A program made the position numbers and the translations under genes. From the NCBI RefSeq assembly GCF_006345805.1, contig NW_021827434.1, forward strand, positions 1 through 10,111: a stretch of DNA of 10,111 bases. The letters are read 5' to 3'. The stretch is from Octopus sinensis (Eukaryota). The number at the start of each line of letters is the position of its first letter. Position 1 is the stretch's first letter. Positions 1-6,601 of the stretch are shown in pieces. The notes below the pieces were generated by a model that saw nothing but the letters and a program-made list of their open reading frames with translations, did no database searches and was not told the DNA's origin.

Positions 1-180
1 AAACAGAAACAATTCCTATCATTGCAGGCGCATTAGGTATGATAAAAAATATTCAGACAAATACCATAACAGAACACCAGGACTTACAAATATATATAAC
101 ATACAGAAAATTGCACTACTGGGCACTGCACGCAACCTATGCAGAACACTTTCAATATAGTAACCATAAGAGCATCACTT
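1..180 (+). mobile_element. 3' end of an RLE-type (R2/R4/Dong/NeSL group) non-LTR retrotransposon ORF, frameshifted relic
   Basis: Frame 3 (3-47) reads TETIPIIAGALGMIK. After a 1-nt frameshift, frame 2 (50-160) reads YSDKYHNRTPGLTNIYNIQKIALLGTARNLCRTLSI*. The PIIxGALG...IQKxALLGTA pattern is the typical C-terminus downstream of the restriction-like endonuclease of these elements. The listed ORF 39..284 is the wrong frame after codon 3. Confidence 0.75.
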
Positions 181-182
181 GT

Positions 183-312
183 AGTTTCCACTCACAAGAC
201 TTTGGTTGTCCCGAGGCTATAGTAGAAAACACTTGCCCAAGGTGCCACGCAGTGGGACTGAAACCAGAACCATGTGGTTGGTAAGCAAGCTACTTACCAC
301 ACAGCCACTCCT
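183..312 (-). mobile_element. tRNA-derived SINE, family A (5' portion)
   Basis: Reverse complement starts AGGAGTGGCTGTGTGGTAAG (A-box-like TGGCTGTGTGG), then GGTTCTGGTTTCAGTCCCACTGCGTGGCACCTTGGGCAAG (B-box-like). It matches from memory a high-copy octopus SINE head. It interrupts the LINE 3' UTR. Confidence 0.7.
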
Positions 313-472
313 AATAGTAATGATTTCAAATTTAGTCACAAAGCTAATAATTTTGAGAAAAACGATATAATCGATACCAACGCCTTCATTATTCTATTGG
401 TATTTTATTTTATCGACACTGAAAATATGGATGCAAAGCTGATATAGGTTGTATTTGAACACAGAACAGAAA
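313..472 (-). mobile_element. Old, diverged copy of SINE family B
   Basis: TTATCGACACTGAAAATATGGATGCAAAGCTGATATAGGTTGTATTTGAACACAGAAC (410-467) aligns colinearly with TTATCGACCCTGAAAGGATGAAAAGCAAAGTCGACCTCGGCGGAATTTGAACTCACAAC (~4107-4165). There is a degenerate ATT-type tail at 313-324. Confidence 0.6.
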
Positions 473-700
473 TAGTAGTAACATACGCGGCAACGGTTGT
501 GCCGGACAGGAACTGAATATAAATATTACAGGGAGATAAACACTACATTTTGTTTATGATTGACCTCGATTTATACGCTACGAATAATAAATTAGTAGAA
601 ACAGTTTTTGAGAGAATAAATAGATTCACTAAATGATGGAAGTATGACAGATTTGAAAGGGAAAAACGCTAAGCAAAAATTAAAAAGCATCAAGATACTA

Positions 701-1165
701 GAGCGAAGGCGGCAGAGATATGCGGTGATATACAGCTGGAAAATCCTGGACGGTCTTGTCCCAAACTTTGGCATTCAAAGTTACCCCAAGCGCAGAACGG
801 GGCGCCACTGCATGGTGCCAAAGATTCCAAAGATTCCAACATCACCATCAAAATACAGGACCAGATACTGCAACAGCTTGGGTTTCAGAGGACCACAGCT
901 CTTTAACATCCTCCCTAAATGCCTGAGAGGCTTTCATGGTGTGGATGTGGGTTTCTTTAAAACTAAACTGGAACTCTTCTTGTCGGGGGTCCCAGATGAA
1001 CCTACCTCACGACAGGAGACACAGATGCGGGCAGCGGCATCAAACTCCCTTGTTGACCAAGTGCCACGTATCAGAGGTGGATTCACATATTAGTGTAGCT
1101 CATTCGGCGGTGGTGCCCCAGTATGGCCGCAGCCTTCGGGCTGAAACATTTTAAAGGAAATTAAG
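701..1165 (+). mobile_element. 5'-truncated CR1/L2-group LINE 3' fragment (RT C-terminal region plus 3' UTR)
   Basis: LERRRQRYAVIYSWKILDGLVPN...FRGPQLFNILP...FKTKLELFLSGVPDEP resembles the SLExRR/WNxLP/FKxxLD C-terminal blocks of CR1/L2-group RTs. Stop at 1091-1093, short repeat tail TTAAAGGA/TTAAGGA (1151-1167). GATACTA occurs at both 694-700 and 1166-1172 (candidate TSD). There is an in-frame 9-bp duplication CCAAAGATT at 818-835. Confidence 0.8.
1130..1143 (+). other. 3'-terminal stem-loop of the LINE (C-UUCG-G tetraloop)
   Basis: CAGCC-TTCG-GGCTG is a perfect 5-bp stem with a cUUCGg tetraloop, just before the tail. Confidence 0.6.
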
Positions 1166-1419
1166 GATACTATTGAAGAGAGAAAAGTTAATGAAGAATA
1201 CGAATGCCGTACTAGATAATAGAATTATACCAAATACTAAGAAATACTTGAGAATCAGTGAACTAGAGAAAGTGCAAAGCATCCGAATGGAAGGGAAGGT
1301 TTCGAAGAAGGAATATTATTGCTTGATTAGATTTTTAGAATAGGAAAAAATATGAAAATACGGAATTTTGTTTTCTACTGTAGTAATGTCAGTAACGAGT
1401 TATACGAATCTACGGCTAA

Positions 1420-1925
1420 TATAACAAGAACAATGACGACGCCGACAACAGCGACAACAACAAAGTATATTTAAGTCTGAACCATCATCACCATCGTCAT
1501 CACCATCGTCATCATCATCATCATTATTATCAGTCATCATCATCATCACCATCGTCATCATCATCGTCATCATCATCATCATTATTATCATCGTCATCAT
1601 CATCATCATTATTATCATCATCATCATCGTCATCATCATCATCATTATTATCATCGTCATCATCATCATCATTATTATCATCGCCACCAGCATCATCACC
1701 ATCGTCATCATCATCGTCATCATCATCATCATTATTATCATTGTCATCATCATCACCATCGTCATCATCATCATCATCATCATCATTATTATCATCGTCA
1801 TCTTCTTCATCATCATCGTCATAGGCAACACCATCTTCGTCATCATTGTCATCACTATTCTCAACCCTACCTCGCTTCTCACCATCCTCTTCATAATCAC
1901 CATCTCCATCACTAACATGATTACT
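1420..1925. repeat. Compound (CAT)n/(CGT)/(TAT) trinucleotide repeat with higher-order ~27-bp unit
   Basis: Recurring CATCGTCATCATCATCATCATTATTAT; the CATTATTAT marker occurs 7 times between ~1520 and ~1795. Confidence 0.9.
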
Positions 1926-1928
1926 ATT

Positions 1929-1960
1929 TTCTTCTTCTTCTTCTTCTTCTTCTTCTTCTT

Positions 1961-2030
<70 letters not shown>
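1929..2030. repeat. (TTC)20 directly joined to (TTA)14
   Basis: Read directly: perfect TTC run 1929-1988 and perfect TTA run 1989-2030. Confidence 0.95.
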
Positions 2031-2031
<1 letters not shown>

Positions 2032-2032
2032 C

Positions 2033-2246
2033 AAGGAGGCAAGCTGGCAGAAATGTCAGCACGCTGGAAGTAATGTTTAGCGGTGTTTCACCCGTCGCTA
2101 CGTTCTGGGTTCAAATTCCGCCAAGGTCGACTTTGCCTTTCATACTTTTGGGGTCGATAAATTAAGTACCAGTTAAAATCGACTTAACCCCTCTCCCCAA
2201 ATTTCAGACCTTGTGCCCATAGTAGAAATGATTATTATTATTATTA

Positions 2247-2289
<43 letters not shown>
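2033..2289 (+). mobile_element. tRNA-derived SINE, family B, full length with (ATT)n tail
   Basis: A-box-like TGGCAGAAATG (2045-2055), B-box GGTTCAAATTCC (2108-2119), core GTCGACTTTGCCTTTCATACTTTTGGGGTCGATAAATTAAGTACCAG, tail ...CTTGTGCCCATAGTAGAAATG(ATT)n. Homologous to the minus-strand copy at ~4065-4225. It is flanked on both sides by ATT repeats. Confidence 0.85.
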
Positions 2290-2604
2290 GATATGCCCTG
2301 ATGCAGTACCAGACAGTGGCTCTCGTGGCTTCTGATCTTAACTGATTGGAAGTGTTATCACGTATATTGTTTTGTCTTGGTATAAAAGATGGGCTACAGC
2401 AAATATTCTGCTCAATACCACAGATTTGTTTGTCAGTTGTTTGACCTTAACCAGTTGACCATGTCCCTTAGTGGCTGACGATATGTGCATCTCTGATCAC
2501 GTGCAGAAGTAGTGGGGAACATCATAGCCGTGTGTTGAGAAGGGATTCTTAGACGTTTGGATAATTCACCTTTGGAAAAATGGGTGGTTTCGTTCAACAT
2601 TCTT
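2290..2604 (-). mobile_element. Unclassified interspersed repeat fragment ending in a (TAA)n tail (probable retroposon 3' end)
   Basis: Complex sequence between two ATT tracts. On the minus strand it ends ...GCATCAGGGCATATC(ATA)n. I recall it as a common octopus repeat. No convincing ORF. Confidence 0.4.
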
Positions 2605-2636
2605 AAATTTCAGGTCTTGTGCCTATATCAGAAAGG

Positions 2637-2640
<4 letters not shown>
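2605..2640 (+). mobile_element. Isolated 36-bp 3' tail of SINE family B
   Basis: AAATTTCAGGTCTTGTGCCTATATCAGAAAGGATTA matches 2199-2234 at 30/36 positions without gaps and is followed by (ATT)n. Confidence 0.75.
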
Positions 2641-2721
<81 letters not shown>

Positions 2722-2746
2722 ATATTATTGTTATTATTATTATTAT

Positions 2747-2809
<63 letters not shown>

Positions 2810-2880
2810 TACATTTATTGTTTTTATCGTTGTTGTTGTTGGTGCTGTTATTGTTGTTTTTACTGTTGCCGTTATTAAAA
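2637..2880. repeat. (ATT)n/(GTT)n microsatellite
   Basis: Read directly; it explains the poly-L/I/V ORFs. Confidence 0.95.
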
Positions 2881-3040
2881 GACTATTGTTGTCTACATAA
2901 AACAATAATAATCCAAGATCAAAGCGACCAATCGATGTACAAGAGCTGGATGAAAGCCAAAACCAAATGATATTTACCTGGAACCGGGTTCTCCTCACCT
3001 CCAGGACACTTACCTCTCTCCTTACCGTCGCAACCTTATC

Positions 3041-3045
3041 TCACA

Positions 3046-3097
<52 letters not shown>

Positions 3098-3114
3098 ACA
3101 CACACACACACACA
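3041..3114. repeat. (CA)n microsatellite
   Basis: Read directly. Confidence 0.95.
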
Positions 3115-3139
3115 ATATGGTTTATATTATTCATTCCCT

Positions 3140-3365
3140 GTCATTCATCATCTCTCATCGTCATTCTCTCCCTCTCTCTTTCTCTCCCCCTTTCTCTCCG
3201 TCTCTCTTCTTCTTTCCTTCCGCTCCTCCCCCACCCCCCGCCACCGCCCGTTTCCTTTCTGTTCTTCTTGCTCTCCTCTCCTCGCGCTCTCCCCACACTC
3301 CACCTGCTGCTGCTCTCCCACGTGCGCCTTCCTCTCCATCCTTCGCTTCTCTTCCGTTTCTTGTC
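3140..3365. repeat. Polypyrimidine (CT-rich) low-complexity tract
   Basis: Strongly C/T-biased plus strand. Confidence 0.8.
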
Positions 3366-3411
3366 ATACAGTCTCGAACCATTTATCAACCCCGGAGCGT
3401 CGTCATTGTAT

Positions 3412-3604
3412 GGCAGCAGTAGCAGCAGCAGCAGCAGCAGTAGTAAGAGTAGCTGTTGCTATGCAAACACCACGACCAACACTACAACTGCTATCGCCAT
3501 CACCACCACACCACCCTACTATAACCTCTACTAGCATTAGAATCACCACTAACATCATCATCATCATAATCATCATCATCATCACCACCACCACCACCAC
3601 CACC

Positions 3605-3654
<50 letters not shown>

Positions 3655-3665
3655 CGACGTCGTCG

Positions 3666-3703
<38 letters not shown>

Positions 3704-3725
3704 GTCATCATCATCGTCATCTCCA
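3412..3725. repeat. Compound (CAG)n/(CAT)n/(CAC)n repeats
   Basis: Read directly. Confidence 0.9.
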
Positions 3726-3910
3726 CAACTATTCCCTAAATTGTTCCAACAGTCATATTAGAATGAAACATTGCTACACTAACACTGCCGCCAATACTAC
3801 AATCTTCATCGCCAAACAAGAGTGCTTAACCATCGTCTAACTATTCATACTAACACCTCTGCCATCACAAGCCTCGATAACGACCACCACTACTACTTTT
3901 ACAACCGTTA

Positions 3911-4225
3911 CTACCATTTCTTTATTACCACTTCTTTATTACCACTTCTTTATTACCTATTTCTTTATTACCATTTCTTTATTACCACTTCTTTATTACC
4001 TATTTCTTTATTACCCACAAGGGGCTACACATAGAGGGGACAAACAAGGACAGACAAAGGTATTAAATCGATTACATCGACCCCTGTGCATAACTGGTAC
4101 TTAATTTATCGACCCTGAAAGGATGAAAAGCAAAGTCGACCTCGGCGGAATTTGAACTCACAACGTAACGGCAGACGAAATACGCTAAGCATTTCGCCCG
4201 GCATGCTAACGATTCTGCCACCTAC
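3911..4225 (-). mobile_element. SINE family B variant with a different 3' tail and minisatellite terminus
   Basis: Minus-strand A-box-like TGGCAGAATCG (4220-4210) and B-box AGTTCAAATTCC (4158-4147). Same core as 2033-2289, but the tail is TACCTTTGTCTGTCCTTGTTTGTCCCCTCTATGTGTAGCCCCTTGTGGGTAATAAAGAA followed by tandem GGTAATAAAGAA(GT/AT/ATA). Confidence 0.85.
3918..4016. repeat. 14-15-bp minisatellite TTCTTTATTACC(AC/AT/TAT), 7 copies
   Basis: Units start at 3918, 3932, 3946, 3961, 3975, 3989 and 4004. Confidence 0.95.
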
Positions 4226-4230
4226 CGTCG

Positions 4231-4500
4231 GCGTCATCACGTCATTGTCTGCATCGTTGTCACCGTCATCATCATCATCATCATCATCATCATAATCATC
4301 ATCATCATCATCGCATATTCCATCAGCTGCTATCAGAACAAAATCTTGCTGCACGAACACTACCACCGATACTATAATCCTTGATACCAACAGAAATACA
4401 CATTCACCACCACTGGCGCCGTCGTCACCGCCGCCACCGTCACCGCCGCCGCCGCCACCGCCGTCACAACACCATCACCACCACCACCACCACTCCCACC
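4231..4500. repeat. (CAT)n, (CCG)n and (CAC)n repeats
   Basis: Read directly. Confidence 0.85.
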
Positions 4501-4714
4501 GCCTCCATATCCTGTCTGACATGAATCACTGGCTCAGCTGGTGTTCGATTAAACCTATAAGTGTCTGGTACGGATCTGTGCCCACTGATAGAAGAGTGAA
4601 AGAGCAAACATTTAAAGAGAACCATTGGTTTGAGCCTCGGGTGGTCTGGAGCTGGACGCGAAACTCTTCTGACCTGTCCAGCCTTTGCTATTAAGACCTT
4701 TTGACGGCACAAAC

Positions 4715-5032
4715 GAGAGGGAGAGAGAGAAAAAGGAGAGAGAGAGAGAGGGAGAGAGGGAGAAAGCAGTACACAGATAGGGAGACAGGTAGGTGGATAG
4801 GTTGATAAGGTGTACGGATAGAACGATAGATATATAAGATAGATGGGTAAAAAATACATAGACAGATAGATAGACAAAAATAGATAAATGGCTAAAGAAA
4901 TAAATAGATAGATAGATAAATAGACAGATAGAAGATTATTTATCTATCAATCAGACCAATCAATGTATGTATGTATGTATGTATGTATGTATGTATGTAT
5001 GTATGTATGTATGTATGTATGTATCTATCTAT
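4715..5032. repeat. (GA)n, (TAGA)n, (TATG)n compound microsatellite
   Basis: Read directly. Confidence 0.9.
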
Positions 5033-5037
5033 CTTTT

Positions 5038-5195
5038 TAGGGAGAGTTTACGAAAAAACACAAAAGACGAAGACAGGTGGTGTATAAAACAAACAGATGC
5101 ATTAGTATAACGCTCAGGAATAGAAAAAGTCTTTTACGTTTCGAGCCTTCGCTCTTACACAGAAAGGTACACAGAGAAAAAAGGAGAGAAATAAT
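5038..5195 (-). mobile_element. Interspersed repeat fragment containing a degenerate minimal hammerhead-like motif (probable Penelope-like element terminus)
   Basis: Minus strand 5166-5131 reads CTTT CTGTGTA A GAGC-GAAG-GCTC GAAA CG TA AAAG. It has stem I (CTTT/AAAG), stem II, GAAA and a GUA triplet, but the CUGANGA box is mutated. Confidence 0.45.
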
Positions 5196-5409
5196 GTGTG
5201 TAGTGGCTAGATAGATATATATATACGAAGAAACGCTCATACAAGCAACGTGGACTAAATGTTTCATAAGGAAATAGGATATTGCAATATTTTCACTAGT
5301 TTCATTGTCATGACTAGCGAAACGCAAAACCGGTCGGCTATCATAATATTTTATCCTTTAAAATATATTAAAAATATATAAATTGTGCGCACTTTCCTTC
5401 TCTTATGAT

Positions 5410-5504
5410 ACACACAGACACAGACACATATTTATATATATATCTATATTATATTATATATTATATATATATATATTAATATATATCTATATATATATAT
5501 AGAT

Positions 5505-5549
<45 letters not shown>
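5410..5549. repeat. (CA)/(TA)n microsatellite, left flank of the hammerhead repeat
   Basis: Read directly. Confidence 0.9.
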
Positions 5550-5684
5550 GAGGGCATTATACATACATGCCAGGAGGCATTCTACACAAGCCATACGCTA
5601 AGAGGGACAATCAGTCATTTCTACCAAAAATATTACTAATCCCACCGAATGCAATTTTTCAAAGAAAGACATTTAAAAATATAT

Positions 5685-5732
5685 AGACCTGTATCACAGT
5701 GATTTCATACTTACGTAATCATCAGCAGGCCT
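5685..5732 (-). ncRNA. Type I hammerhead ribozyme, copy A
   Basis: Exact reverse complement of copy B (5784-5831). Confidence 0.75.
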
Positions 5733-5783
5733 GAATATACCATAAATAAACAACGACCGGTCGTGTTTATTTATGGTATATTC

Positions 5784-5831
5784 AGGCCTGCTGATGATTA
5801 CGTAAGTATGAAATCACTGTGATACAGGTCT
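5784..5831 (+). ncRNA. Type I hammerhead ribozyme, copy B
   Basis: Stem I AGGCCTG (5784-5790)/CAGGTCT (5825-5831), core CTGATGA (5791-5797), stem II T-TAC-GTAA-GTA-T, GAAA (5810-5813), stem III TCAC-T-GTGA, cleavage triplet AUA (5822-5824). Stem I extends after a 2-nt bulge (TATAT 5777-5781 with ATATA 5832-5836). Confidence 0.75.
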
Positions 5832-6263
5832 ATATATTTTTAAATGTCTTTCTTTGAAAAATTGCATTCGGTGGGATTTAGTATATTTTTGGTAGAAATG
5901 ATGACTGATTGTCCCTCTTAGCGTATGGCGTGTATGTAGAATACCTCCTGGCATGTATGTATAATGCCCTCTATAATAAATTAATATGTCCAATAAGAAA
6001 TATTATTTTCGAAATTTTTTCTCTTATGAGGTTTTTACGCTATCTACTGACAATTTTGTGTTAAGTTTTCCTTATTAAGTAGTGGTCCTTAATTGCTAAA
6101 TTTTTATTCCGAAAAAAACTTTTCCTCTCCCGAAATGCAATTCGTAAAAGTTTGCCATTCATCCGGATATAGTTATATAAATTCAACCATGTGCTTGTTG
6201 ATGTTGATCAGTTAGCTGATCGGCTTAAGCGAAGCGGGGTCGTTGTTTATTTATGGTATATTC

Positions 6264-6311
6264 AGGCCTGCTGATGATTACATAAGTGGAAATCACGTGT
6301 GATACAGGTCT
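6264..6311 (+). ncRNA. Type I hammerhead ribozyme, copy C
   Basis: AGGCCTG, CTGATGA (6271-6277), T-TAC-ATAA-GTG, GAAA (6289-6292), TCAC-GT-GTGA, AUA (6302-6304), CAGGTCT. Substitutions relative to B fall in the stem II/III loops or keep pairing (U-G). Confidence 0.75.
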
Positions 6312-6601
6312 ATTATATTTTTAAATGTCTTTCTTTGAAAAATTGCATTCGGTGGGATTAGTAATATTTTTGGTAGAAATGACTGATTGTCCCTCTTAGC
6401 GTATGGCGTGTATGTAGAATTGCCCCTGGCATGTATGTATAATGCCCTCTATATATAAATTAATATGTCCAATAAGAAATAATTATTTTCGAAATTTTCT
6501 CTTATGAGGTTTTTACGCTATCTACCTGACAATTTCTTGTAAGTTTCCTTATTAAGTAGTTGTCCTTAATTGCTAAATTATAAATATATATATATATATA
6601 T

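Larger units (their letters stand above)
5550..5971. repeat. ~420-bp near-perfect palindrome (arms ~210 bp, no spacer)
   Basis: Centre ACGACC|GGTCGT between 5758 and 5759. Left arm 5550-5758 is the reverse complement of right arm 5759-5971, with only a few small indels or substitutions. Confidence 0.97.
5759..6579 (+). repeat. Tandem direct repeat, period ~480 bp (one full unit plus a 342-bp partial unit)
   Basis: 5759-6102 and 6238-6579 are colinear and highly similar. 6103-6237 is present only once. The array is bounded by (TA)n on both sides. Confidence 0.95.

Noticed and set aside
644-1093. 149-aa ORF as a host gene
   Set aside because: It is the C-terminal fragment of a LINE RT, lacks the catalytic core, and has a chance upstream ATG.
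600-1340. Purine-rich flanks of the LINE insertion as a relic coding sequence (KHQDTIEERKVNEEY when rejoined)
   Set aside because: Multiple stops in all frames and no recognisable motif.
2474-2510. CTGACGA as a hammerhead core
   Set aside because: No correctly placed GAAA or stems follow.
1400-3739. Long ORFs with poly-K/N/M/I/L/V/T/H runs (1400..2062, 1917..2165, 2557..2970, 2603..2998, 2619..2900, 2967..3422, 3403..3726, 3410..3739 and others)
   Set aside because: They are translations of stop-free trinucleotide and dinucleotide repeats, with no domain-like content.
3911-4016. CRISPR-like array (also the 150-bp array)
   Set aside because: No unique spacers between conserved repeats, no cas genes, and a eukaryotic context.
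5295-5340. CGAAACGC motif as another hammerhead
   Set aside because: No CUGANGA box or stem II upstream; only a weak GTTTC/GAAAC pairing.
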